From Desulfosudaceae bacterium (GTDB lineage: Bacteria > Desulfobacterota > Desulfobacteria > Desulfobacterales > Desulfosudaceae), in contig CAXXDV010000001.1 in NCBI GenBank assembly GCA_963674745.2, forward strand, positions 352,001 to 416,000: a DNA stretch of 64,000 nucleotides. The letters are read 5' to 3'. A program made the translations under genes and the position numbers. Positions 8,277 through 17,413 of the stretch are shown piece after piece. The first letter of the stretch is position 1; each line of letters starts with the position of its first letter. The notes below the pieces were generated by a model that ran no database searches, was not told the origin of the DNA, and was given only the letters and a program-made list of their open reading frames with translations.

Positions 8277-9059
8277 ATGAACCAACAACTTGGAAATAAA
8301 GAGAAAAAAAATGTGGTTATGGTCGGCATCGGCCAGATGGGCGGGGTGTTCGCGCTGGGGTTTCTGCGGGCGGGGTACCCGGTTTTTCCGGTAACGCGTA
8401 ACATGCGACTCTCCGATTACGTGGGCCGGATTCCCGACCCCGAGATTGTCCTTCTGGCCGTACCCGAAAACACGATTGTCGAAGCAATCCGGCAGGTACC
8501 GGAAATATGGCGGGACCGACTCGGCTTTTTGCAGAATGAACTGTTACCCTATATCTGGAAGACCGAGGGCATTGTCAATCCCACGGCCATGGCGGTCTGG
8601 TTTGAAAAGAAAAAAGGGCGCGCCGTCAAAGTGTTTCAGCCCACACCGGTTTTCGGGCCCCATGCCGAAACGGTCTGCGATGCGCTGACCGCCCAGGGCA
8701 TTGCCTGCCGTATTCTTTCGGACCCGGACCAGCTGGTGCTGGAGCTGGTCAAAAAAAACCTGTATGTCCTGACCATCAATATTGCCGGGCTTTCCGCGGG
8801 CGGCACCACCGGCGAATTGTGGCGTAATCACGAACCCCTGGCCGTGGCCGTGGCCCAGGACGTGTTAACGGTCATGGCGCATCTGACAGGCCAGGCCCTG
8901 AACCGGGATGAAATGATCGAATTTCTGGCGGATATCCTGACCAGAATTCCGGATCACGGCTGCCGGGGACGCGTGGCTAAAGACCGGCTGAAGCGGATTT
9001 TAGAGATTGCCCGCAAGGGGGGGCTGGCTACGCCTGCCCTGGATAAAATTTCGGCATAA
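8277..9059 (+). CDS. Rossmann-fold protein, ketopantoate-reductase-like architecture
   Basis: VGIGQMG, LLAVPE, FLQNEL; ATG after GAGGGG. Confidence 0.55.
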   Translation: MNQQLGNKEKKNVVMVGIGQMGGVFALGFLRAGYPVFPVTRNMRLSDYVGRIPDPEIVLLAVPENTIVEAIRQVPEIWRDRLGFLQNELLPYIWKTEGIVNPTAMAVWFEKKKGRAVKVFQPTPVFGPHAETVCDALTAQGIACRILSDPDQLVLELVKKNLYVLTINIAGLSAGGTTGELWRNHEPLAVAVAQDVLTVMAHLTGQALNRDEMIEFLADILTRIPDHGCRGRVAKDRLKRILEIARKGGLATPALDKISA

Positions 9060-9075
9060 AAGGGACTCATTCTTT

Positions 9076-9199
9076 TCGTCATTCCGACCACCGAGCCGGA
9101 ATCCAGATCGGCCGGTGCTCATCCAGGGCTGCACAAAAATACATTATGAGAAAACCGTTCAATTTTTTTTCGACCCCGTGTCGGAGCCCGGGGTGACGA
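9076..9199. repeat. CGTC-type palindromic repeat pair between convergent genes
   Basis: TCGTCATTCCG..CGGAATCCAG (9076-9106) and GACCCCG..CGGGGTGACGA (9172-9199). Confidence 0.6.
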
Positions 9200-9217
9200 G
9201 GAATGGGAAGGCCCTTT

Positions 9218-9793
9218 TTACGAAGCCAGAAATGTCTGCATATAGACAAACTCATTCACGTCGATCAACTCACACGGCTCCAAGCCGATGCGCTGTTTGA
9301 GTTCGTCGGGTGAAAACCTGATCTCAAGCGGCGGGCCAAAAGGGGTTTCTTTCTTTTTAAATTCTACAATGGCCAGCCGGCCACCGATTTTTAACAGACG
9401 TTTGGCTTCATCGACAAAACCTTCCATATGCGACGGGGAAAACCCGTGCAGGACCATTGAGGTGTAAATCAAATCAAAGGCGGCCTCCGGCAGGGTCGTC
9501 TTTTGCGTAATATCCCCTACCTGGGGGTTGATGATCGTGCCTCGGGTTTCTTCTTTGAGTTCATTTATCAGCTCATCGTCCGGATCAAGGGCATAAACAA
9601 GGCCGGATTCGCCGGTTATTTCAGCAAACGCCCTGGCCATATACCCCTTCCCGCATCCGGCATCGAGAATGGTCTCGCCCGGCCCTATTTTTAAATTATC
9701 AGTGATGACTGTTTTATCTATCAGGCTTTCCGAAGATTTCCCCTTATGCTGGTGATGATGGCGTTGATCATGATGATGGTGGTGTGTGGACAT
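9218..9793 (-). CDS. Class I SAM-dependent methyltransferase with His-rich N-terminus
   Basis: ILDAGCGKG motif I, FDLI, LLKIGGRL; N-terminus HHHHHDQRHHHQH. Confidence 0.85.
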   Translation of the reverse strand: MSTHHHHHDQRHHHQHKGKSSESLIDKTVITDNLKIGPGETILDAGCGKGYMARAFAEITGESGLVYALDPDDELINELKEETRGTIINPQVGDITQKTTLPEAAFDLIYTSMVLHGFSPSHMEGFVDEAKRLLKIGGRLAIVEFKKKETPFGPPLEIRFSPDELKQRIGLEPCELIDVNEFVYMQTFLAS

Positions 9794-9807
9794 GCTGCTG
9801 CTCCTTC

Positions 9808-10932
9808 TTACCTTGCCGCCGTGTCTTGATTTTTGAATCCGCCCTGGTTGAGCGGGTTTCCGTTTTCTGTTTTCTGAATAATGGTAATATCCCGTTTGGG
9901 GTAGGGTATTTCGATACCCTCCCGGTCAAAGACCGCTTTCACCCGGTCGGTGACTTCAGAGATGGTATCCATGCGTTTTCTGGCATTGCTGATCCAGACC
10001 CGGAGCTGCAGATCCACAGAGGATTCGCCGAAATTCCGGACCACGACCTTTGGCGCCGGATCAGCCAGAACCCATTCCAGGGAACGGGTCACCTCGACGA
10101 TCAGGGCCTTGGCTTTGGCGATGTCCGTGTCATACGAAACCCCGATATTAACCCTGACCCGTATGGATGATGAGGTAGCGGTATAATTGACAATGTCCCG
10201 GGTCATGATGATGTTGTTGGGAATGATGATCTCAATATTGTCCGTATTCCTGATGGTCGTGGCCCGCAGACCGATGTTAATGACATCGCCCCAGGTGGCC
10301 GACCCAGCCGGTGCCTCCCAAAGCTCGATACGATCACCGACTTCAAAGGGGCGGTCGATCAACAACAGAACACCGGCGATGAAATTGGACAGGGTATCCT
10401 TGGCGGCAAAACCGATGGCCACACCGGCCACACCGGCCCCGGCCACAAATGGCATGATATTGACGCCTAGCGCATCCATAGCGATAATCACTGCTGCCGT
10501 ATAGATGATTATTCCGGAAAACTTGTCCAGGATATCAAAAACGATATCATCAACCCGGGTGTCTGTTTTGTCGGCCAGCCGTTGCTGCAAAAACTGAATA
10601 ACAATCTTGACCATGCTGTTCAGCGGCCCGGCCACCAGAAGGGTAAACACTGCCAGCAGAATTTTGTTCAGCAGGGGAAACTCGATAAAGGTCAATACAT
10701 ACATACCGGTGCCGAATAATACCGACAGGCCGACGATTTTTTTGACCAGCTTGAGGAACTGATCGCTGAATTGAAACAGCCGGATATTACGCCCCCGTTT
10801 CCTGAGGATCGTGATCGCCAGCCGCAACAGCAGCCAGACCACCAGGGCGACCACGCAGGCCGCCGCGATATTAAAAATAACCGTCCCCGGCGCAGCGTGT
10901 TTTAAAATTAACCCTTTTAGTGTGCTTATCAT
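9808..10932 (-). CDS. mscS: Small-conductance mechanosensitive channel (MscS family)
   Basis: GAGVAGVAIGFAAKDTLSNFIAG, PFEVGDRI, IGLRAT, IPN, IEIPYP. Confidence 0.9.
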   Translation of the reverse strand: MISTLKGLILKHAAPGTVIFNIAAACVVALVVWLLLRLAITILRKRGRNIRLFQFSDQFLKLVKKIVGLSVLFGTGMYVLTFIEFPLLNKILLAVFTLLVAGPLNSMVKIVIQFLQQRLADKTDTRVDDIVFDILDKFSGIIIYTAAVIIAMDALGVNIMPFVAGAGVAGVAIGFAAKDTLSNFIAGVLLLIDRPFEVGDRIELWEAPAGSATWGDVINIGLRATTIRNTDNIEIIIPNNIIMTRDIVNYTATSSSIRVRVNIGVSYDTDIAKAKALIVEVTRSLEWVLADPAPKVVVRNFGESSVDLQLRVWISNARKRMDTISEVTDRVKAVFDREGIEIPYPKRDITIIQKTENGNPLNQGGFKNQDTAAR

Positions 10933-10986
10933 TAGGATACCTCTTTATTTTATTTAAAGGTTTTTCAGCAATTCCAATTGGCACAC

Positions 10987-11065
10987 AGGGTTCAAGGATT
11001 CAAGGGGTCGAGGAGTCGAATTGCAGTTCACTTGACCCCTTGAATCCTTGATTCCTTGGCCCCTT
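10987..11065. repeat. Octamer-based inverted array (GGATTCAA-type ... TTGAATCC-type)
   Basis: agggttcaaggattcaaggggtcgaggagtcga ... cttgaccccttgaatccttgattccttggcccctt. Confidence 0.7.
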
Positions 11066-11123
11066 CCAAAGCCCATCGGCTTAACATTCATTTGTTTCAA
11101 CAAATCGGTGAATGGACCCAATG

Positions 11124-11384
11124 TCATAGGCCGAGCAAAGTGTCCAGCCGCCCCTCCTTTTCCAGGGCATGCAACTCATCGCAGTCGCCCACATGAACAC
11201 CGTCGATAAAAATCTGGGGGACCGTGGTCCGGCCCCCGCTTCGTTCAACCACTTCGTCAAGCCAGACCGGGTCCTGGTCCACCCGGCGCTCGACATAGGC
11301 AACGTTTTTTTTATTCAGCAGATTCTTGGCCCGAATGCAATAGGGGCAATAATCCATGGTATAAATTTCAACCGCTTTGGTCAT
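11124..11384 (-). CDS. grxC: Glutaredoxin 3
   Basis: CPYC, TVPQIFI, GDCDEL; start overlaps the upstream stop (ATGA). Confidence 0.9.
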   Translation of the reverse strand: MTKAVEIYTMDYCPYCIRAKNLLNKKNVAYVERRVDQDPVWLDEVVERSGGRTTVPQIFIDGVHVGDCDELHALEKEGRLDTLLGL

Positions 11385-12316
11385 TTCCCGCCTCCCTGCT
11401 GCTCGACTCTGCTGATAAATTCCAGCCATTTTTCCTTGAACACCGCGCCGGGCACGGCGTCCAGTGTCCGCAATTCCACAGTCGGCGCGCTCATATTAAG
11501 GCGGACATCGGTAAAAAGAGTTGTCATATGATAAAAAAAGGATTCGAAATTCGGGTTAACGGTCTGCCAGTATGGTATTTCAGCACCCAGCACCACCGCG
11601 TCCACCCCGACCCGCACAATATCCCGGGCCAGATCAGACGGGGTGGTTTCGGCTGTCGGCCGCTGATAGGGCATGCCGCAACGGCTGGGATCGGTGTTGT
11701 TCCAGATATCCCGCCGATCGGGCCCCATGCAGAAATCCGGGTCTTCCGCCAGACGGCACATCAAACCGAACAGGGTAGGCGTCTCATCAGTTTCCAGAAT
11801 CAGCGCGTGCAGGTGAATAGAAGCCGTACCCTTCATCATTTCGTGACCCCGGGTACCGCTTTTCTCCAGCCGTTTATGAAGATTCACGTATCGCTCGCTT
11901 GTCAGGCAGAGTGGCCCCGGCCCCCGCTCAGGAATATACGGTACCGCTGTGTAATCCACCCCGCACTCCCAGCGGATGGCATCATTGACGGTATCGATTT
12001 CCTTGAGGGTGGCGTCAAAATCGTTTCCGGCATCAGGCAGCAGGGGCATGCTGTGGTACTCGATCTGCCCGCCCGGTTCAAAGGTGACGTGCATGCCCCG
12101 GTCGTTTTCCAGGTACTTACCGTTGTGCGTAAAGCCCAGCTCGGCCAGGCATTTATGCATCTTTTTAACGCAGTTTTCAGTAGGTGGCTCCTTGGCCAGA
12201 AACTCGTATTCAAACCCGTAAGTGCGTTGTGCCCCGGGCGTCATCTTTTTCTCGATCCGATCCAGCAATTCTTTGCTATATACATCGATTAACTGCCGGC
12301 GGTCAATTTCAGTCAT
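11381..12316 (-). CDS. Glutamate--cysteine ligase family 2 (GCS2)-like carboxylate-amine ligase
   Basis: GFEYE, TFEPGGQIEY, MMKGTASIHLH, FTDVR, VELRTLD. Confidence 0.8.
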   Translation of the reverse strand: MTEIDRRQLIDVYSKELLDRIEKKMTPGAQRTYGFEYEFLAKEPPTENCVKKMHKCLAELGFTHNGKYLENDRGMHVTFEPGGQIEYHSMPLLPDAGNDFDATLKEIDTVNDAIRWECGVDYTAVPYIPERGPGPLCLTSERYVNLHKRLEKSGTRGHEMMKGTASIHLHALILETDETPTLFGLMCRLAEDPDFCMGPDRRDIWNNTDPSRCGMPYQRPTAETTPSDLARDIVRVGVDAVVLGAEIPYWQTVNPNFESFFYHMTTLFTDVRLNMSAPTVELRTLDAVPGAVFKEKWLEFISRVEQQGGGK

Positions 12317-12527
12317 TACGATATCCCTTATTGCCTCTTCAATCTTTCGTCACGAACATTCCACAGCGCTTTGGCTAATCACGGGCAAGCTGTCCGTGGC
12401 ACCCGTTTTCGTTCTGTTTTGTCCAAATAGCGGGTTGCGACGCAGCCACTTCAACCAGGAATTCAGCCCTGAAATACATGGAGCACGAATGCGCATGTTT
12501 TAAGGAAACTGATCAATACCCGATAAA

Positions 12528-12614
12528 CACTTAACCACCTAAACACATAACCACTTAATCACCTAATCATGACAAAAGGGCACGGCACGCCGTGCCCCTA
12601 CAACATTTGCGAAC
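12528..12614. repeat. Octamer array plus GTAG-type REP (minus orientation)
   Basis: Reverse complement of 12571-12614 is GTTCGCAAATGTTGTAGGGGCACGGCGTGCCGTGCCCTTTTGTC, near-identical to 24941-24985. Confidence 0.8.
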
Positions 12615-12639
12615 GACCGGTGAACCCCAAACCCAAAAT

Positions 12640-14535
12640 CTAACACCTACCCCCTATAAAATGCTCATACCACAGTGTAAACACAATCACCGCAAAAACC
12701 CGGTCGGCCCCGGATACCAAGGTGTGCGGCCCGATGTTTTTTGATGAACTGTCTCGGGTTTGAGCGGCAAATACGTCCGGGTCCACAACCCCCTGCCGGG
12801 CCACCATGTCGCCGCGGACCACCTCTTCAATGGCTTCAGGCAGGTTGTCCGGATCGGACAGCCAGTCGGCCATGGGAATGGTAAACGGCTGTTTTTTACG
12901 AAAGGCTGTGGCCCGGTCCAATATCCCGAATCGTTCAAAAGCCCGGCGGCAGACCACCTTTTCCATATCGGTAGCGATGTTTACTTTCAGGTTCACCGGC
13001 AGCCGGGCGGCAAACTCGGCCAGCCGGTAATCCAGAAACGGGGTCCGGGTTTCCAGGGAGTGCCGCATGGAGAGTTTGTCCAACCGCAGAATCACATAGT
13101 CCGGCAGCCGGGCCCGGCTTTCAAAGGCAATAGCCGTATTGACCGGATGACCGTCCGGATCTACCACAGGCAACGCATCGTCCGGGAAACGGGTGTCCGG
13201 ATAATCCTGCCCCAACAGCTGTTTTAATGATGACACGTCAAACAACTGCTCGCTCTGGATATAACGTTTGGCGGGATCACGATCCCGGACCGCCATATAT
13301 GGCGCCAGTTCGGGATAGACGGCGTCAAGCCGTTTTTGTTCGGCCGATCCCAGGACGGAATAGACAACCGCCGCCGCTTCGATGAGAAACTTGCGGTACC
13401 CGGCAAAGATCTCGTCCGCCCCTTCGCCGGTAACCACCACCTTCAAATGGCTTCCGGCCAGTTCACACACCTGGTCGGTGGGCAGGATCGTCCCCAGAGA
13501 AATCGGTTCTTCAATGGTTTCAACGATTCCGGGCAATCTCTCCAGCATCTGCCGGCCGCACATACGAACGATATGCTCACTCCCCGTAAACCGGTGCCGG
13601 TTGGCCGCCAGAAAAGTTTTTACCGCCTCCAGTTCATTATACGCCTGCTCTTCAAACGATATGGAAAACAGCCGCAGCGGTCCATGAAAATCCACGGCCC
13701 GGGCAGCTACAGCGGAAGAGTCAATGCCGCCGCTGAGCAATGCGCCGACTTCCACATCCGAACGCAGCCGGATACGGACTGCGTCGGAAAACAGGTCGTA
13801 AAATTCTTCTTCGGCTGTTTCGACCGTCATATCCGGATCAGGCCGATCGGGCATATGGTTCCAGTAACGACGGATCTCATGTTCACCGGTACGCAGGTCA
13901 TAAACCAGGTAACTTCCCGGCGGCAGACGGAACACGCCTTCGAACATGGTCTGGGAACCGGGCACATAGCGATAGGTAAAATATGTACCCACCCGGGACC
14001 GATTCAGCCCGGCCGGACGACCGCTGCCGGCCAGAAGAGGCTTGATTTCGGAAGCGAACACAAAACGATCGTCATGGACCGTATAATAAAGCGGCTTGAT
14101 ACCGAAACGATCGCGGAACAGCACCACTTGCTCGTTGACGGGATCAAAAACAGCGCCGGCATACATGCCGTTAAGGTGGTTTAAAAAATCAAGGCCCTTT
14201 TGGCGGTAGGCATGCAGAGCGACCTCGATGTCGCCTTTGGTGACAAACGGCTGATTTCCCAGTTCCTGCCGCAGCTCGATGTAATTATAAACCTGGCCGT
14301 TGCAGACGATGGCCGTTCCATCCGCCGGACAGACAATGGGCTGCATGCCGGTCTCAAGGTCCAGGATGGACAACCGCACCAGCCCCAGCCCCACCCGACG
14401 TTGTCCGGCAGCAAACACCCGCTGTTGCTGATCATCCGGCCCGCGATGACGCTGCAGCCCGCCCATATCTGCCAGACGATGCAACACCTCATCTTTACCC
14501 AGAGATTTCGTTATGATACCGCTGACCCCACACAT
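12640..14535 (-). CDS. asnB: Asparagine synthase (glutamine-hydrolysing) family amidotransferase
   Basis: MCG N-terminus, HRGPD, RDRFGIKPLYY, LSGGIDSS, TGEGADE, ETRTPFLD. Confidence 0.9.
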   Translation of the reverse strand: MCGVSGIITKSLGKDEVLHRLADMGGLQRHRGPDDQQQRVFAAGQRRVGLGLVRLSILDLETGMQPIVCPADGTAIVCNGQVYNYIELRQELGNQPFVTKGDIEVALHAYRQKGLDFLNHLNGMYAGAVFDPVNEQVVLFRDRFGIKPLYYTVHDDRFVFASEIKPLLAGSGRPAGLNRSRVGTYFTYRYVPGSQTMFEGVFRLPPGSYLVYDLRTGEHEIRRYWNHMPDRPDPDMTVETAEEEFYDLFSDAVRIRLRSDVEVGALLSGGIDSSAVAARAVDFHGPLRLFSISFEEQAYNELEAVKTFLAANRHRFTGSEHIVRMCGRQMLERLPGIVETIEEPISLGTILPTDQVCELAGSHLKVVVTGEGADEIFAGYRKFLIEAAAVVYSVLGSAEQKRLDAVYPELAPYMAVRDRDPAKRYIQSEQLFDVSSLKQLLGQDYPDTRFPDDALPVVDPDGHPVNTAIAFESRARLPDYVILRLDKLSMRHSLETRTPFLDYRLAEFAARLPVNLKVNIATDMEKVVCRRAFERFGILDRATAFRKKQPFTIPMADWLSDPDNLPEAIEEVVRGDMVARQGVVDPDVFAAQTRDSSSKNIGPHTLVSGADRVFAVIVFTLWYEHFIGGRC

Positions 14536-14637
14536 AATCAGCTTTCCTTGTTACCACTTGTCTATTTAAAACGTTGATTTACGTCGTAAACTCAAATATT
14601 GGCGTTTAATGAAAACCAGCAAAAATGACGTGCCGCC

Positions 14638-14680
14638 CTTAACCACTTAATCACCTAACCACATAAACACCCTGACACCT
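14638..14680. repeat. Octamer (TAACCACT/TAATCACC) array
   Basis: cttaaccacttaatcacctaaccacataaacacc. Confidence 0.65.
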
Positions 14681-14727
14681 CAAATGCATATCCGGCTGGC
14701 ACCGGAGACTGAATTATGGACAAATTT

Positions 14728-15366
14728 CTACTCATCAAGATTAGGCTCAATGGCGCAGGCCGTGCCGGTCTCGTATTGATCTTTAAAAACAGAGTTCGCC
14801 AGCATATTGAAGAAAAACATCAATTTGAATACCGCAAAAACACAGGTCTGCTCTGTGGTTGTATAAAGCTGTTCAAACGCTGCCGGCAGGTCCTTGTTCG
14901 GAAACGTTCCCTCATGGGTAAGGTATTGACACACCCATTGCAACGCCACCCACTCCCGGTGCTCAAATACATCCGGAGAAAGCTCGATCAACGCATTCAT
15001 CTCTTCCCTGGATAAACCGGCGGTTCGACCGAACCGCCTGTGGGCGGCCAGTCACTGGGGGCAACCGTTTCCCATGGCCGTAACGATCATGATTTTCTCC
15101 CGGAAGCCCGGAGGTATCGCCCGGAAAACATATACCCGCAGCAGGGGATAAGTGTACCGCAACAAATCGCCCGCCCGGAAAAGCAGGTGTCCCGGCCCCT
15201 GATAACGCCGCTTGTCCGCGTAACCCGATTGAGCGATCCGATCTTTTTCAAAAAACCGCGCATCATATCGCCGGCCGCCGGCGGTCCGGACAAACGAATA
15301 AGCAACTACCAACAGGGGCGACAGGCCCAGGACAATCAAGAAAGCAAAAATTATCTGTATCCACAT
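14728..15366 (-). CDS. Selenoprotein, AhpD/CMD-like with CxxU motif and N-terminal membrane anchor (212 aa)
   Basis: ORFs 15052-15366 and 14728-15000 are in frame across a single TGA: REKIMIVTAMGNGCPQ-U-LAAHRRFGRTAGLSREEM; hairpin downstream of the TGA. Confidence 0.85.
15019..15054 (-). promoter_or_regulatory. Sec UGA codon and bacterial SECIS element
   Basis: UGA, 13 nt, then GGCGGUUC-GGUC-GAACCGCC (8-bp stem, G-led loop). Confidence 0.8.
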
Positions 15367-15388
15367 TGCACTGATTCCTTATTTTAAC

Positions 15389-16207
15389 CTACGACAGGTC
15401 CACCAGTCCTGAAATCCGTCCGATGGCCCGGCTGATATAGGTTTCGTCTTCAACCACCACGTCTATGGCATCCGCCGGGCAAACCGTCGCGCACCGGCCG
15501 CATCCCCGGCACGCGTCCTGGTCAATGACCGCCCGGCCATCTTCAAGGGTTATGGCATTCACAAAACAGACATTGTCCGTGCATGTGCCGCAGCCCACGC
15601 ACTGGTCGGTCACGGCCACATGAACACCCGGCATGCGGGACACCTTGGAACTGATATCCGGTGTAATATCCGGCAGCATCTTCCACAGGCAGCAACAGGG
15701 ACAGCAGTTGCAGATGGTCATCAACCTGTCCGGAGGCCCCACGTTGAGCCAGACCGTGTCCAGTTTGTTGCGGCCGATCAGGTGTACCAATCCGGCTTCA
15801 CGACAGCGCCGGGCATGATCCAGGGCTTCTGCCTTGGTTACCTGCCGGCCGAACCGGGGATTGATGTCACTGGCCGCCGACCCCAGAAAAATGCAGCCGT
15901 ATTCTACCGGATAATCTTTGCAATGGGCCGAATCCCGACAGATGCAGAAATCCATGACCCAGTGAAAGGCGGCCTTTCTGATGAAGTGCTCCACCACCTG
16001 CGAGGGAACAGCCATGCTTTCCGGCTGTTCAACCGACCTGTTGACGGGAATGACCTCATCTTTCGGCAAATAGATGATTTCATCGCCCTCGAAAAGCATG
16101 TGCTCCACCACCCGGCCGATGGGACGGAAATGAGTCAGCCGGGCCAGGAGAAACCGGCCGGCAAAAGTCTTGTTGATCAGGGTTTTGATCCAGTAAGGAC
16201 TGCTCAT
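15389..16207 (-). CDS. 4Fe-4S dicluster ferredoxin-domain protein
   Basis: CICR...C...C, ICNCCPCCC, CVGCGTC, CRGCGRCATVCP. Confidence 0.85.
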   Translation of the reverse strand: MSSPYWIKTLINKTFAGRFLLARLTHFRPIGRVVEHMLFEGDEIIYLPKDEVIPVNRSVEQPESMAVPSQVVEHFIRKAAFHWVMDFCICRDSAHCKDYPVEYGCIFLGSAASDINPRFGRQVTKAEALDHARRCREAGLVHLIGRNKLDTVWLNVGPPDRLMTICNCCPCCCLWKMLPDITPDISSKVSRMPGVHVAVTDQCVGCGTCTDNVCFVNAITLEDGRAVIDQDACRGCGRCATVCPADAIDVVVEDETYISRAIGRISGLVDLS

Positions 16208-16345
16208 AAGATATCCCGTTGCATGATCATCATTTTTTTAGGAAACAAAAGCATGAAACAAACCGGATGACAGCTCAACCTGACGGGACGATACCTTGCG
16301 GTTTGCTTTTTCAAAGGGGCCGGACAACAATGACAATATTAAGGC

Positions 16346-17194
16346 CTAATAAGTATAAAACCCTTTGCCGGTTTTCTTGCCGAGCCAGCCGGCTTCCACG
16401 TATTTTCGTAATAAGGGGCAGGGCCGATATTTGGAGTCTTTGAACCCGTTATACAGGGTCTCCATAATCGCCAGGCAGGTATCCAACCCGATCAGGTCGG
16501 CCAGGGCCAGCGGTCCCATGGGATGGTTCATGCCCAGTTTCATGACGGTATCGATGCTTTCCCTGGTACCGACACCATGGTAGAGACAGTAGACGGCTTC
16601 GTTGATCATGGGCAGTAAAATGCGATTGGCGATAAATCCGGGGTAGTCATTGGCTTCAGCCGGCGTCTTGCCGAACTTTTCCGACAGGTCCCAGGTTGTC
16701 TTAAACGTCTCTTCAGACGTGGCCAGGCCCCGGATGACTTCCACCAGTTTCATGACCGGTACCGGGTTCATGAAATGCATGCCGATAACCAGTTCCGGAC
16801 GGGAAGTGGCGGCGGCGATCCGGCCGATGGGGATGGAAGAGGTATTGGTCGACAGGATAACGCCTTGCGGGCAGATTTTGTCCAGATCCTTGAAGATGCC
16901 AAGTTTAAGCGTTTCATTTTCTGTGGCGGCTTCGACCACGAAATCCGCTTTGGCCATATTTTTCAGGTCAACGGATGTCTCGATTCTCTGCAAGGCGGCA
17001 TCCATATCCGCTTGATCGAGTTTCCCCTTATCCACCGATCGTTTCAGGTTGGCGGTGATGGTTTCCAGCCCTTTTTGAACGAACCGCTCTTCAATATCGT
17101 GCATAATGACGTTCAGGCCGTTCATGGCAGCCACCTGAGCGATACCGTTACCCATCTGCCCGGCGCCGATGACACCAAATGTGTTGATTTCCAT
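16346..17194 (-). CDS. hbd: 3-hydroxybutyryl-CoA dehydrogenase
   Basis: GAGQMGNGIA, VEAATE, TNTSSI, GMHFMNP, GFIANR, HPMGPL. Confidence 0.95.
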   Translation of the reverse strand: MEINTFGVIGAGQMGNGIAQVAAMNGLNVIMHDIEERFVQKGLETITANLKRSVDKGKLDQADMDAALQRIETSVDLKNMAKADFVVEAATENETLKLGIFKDLDKICPQGVILSTNTSSIPIGRIAAATSRPELVIGMHFMNPVPVMKLVEVIRGLATSEETFKTTWDLSEKFGKTPAEANDYPGFIANRILLPMINEAVYCLYHGVGTRESIDTVMKLGMNHPMGPLALADLIGLDTCLAIMETLYNGFKDSKYRPCPLLRKYVEAGWLGKKTGKGFYTY

Positions 17195-17413
17195 TTTTTT
17201 CTCCCTGTAAAAATTTTCAGCCTTTCCGGCCATTATCAAAAAGGTCCCCCGGTCTCAGGGGGCAAGAAAAGGACCTGCCGATGTCCATCATCTATAACAG
17301 GGCCGGTATAATGCGTCAATATCCACAAAAACAAATTCCGGCTCACCATCACTTTGTATCTTTTTTTCAAAAACTGTTTTTGGGCACTGTTTAAGCCAAT
17401 CGGTCGCATTCTT

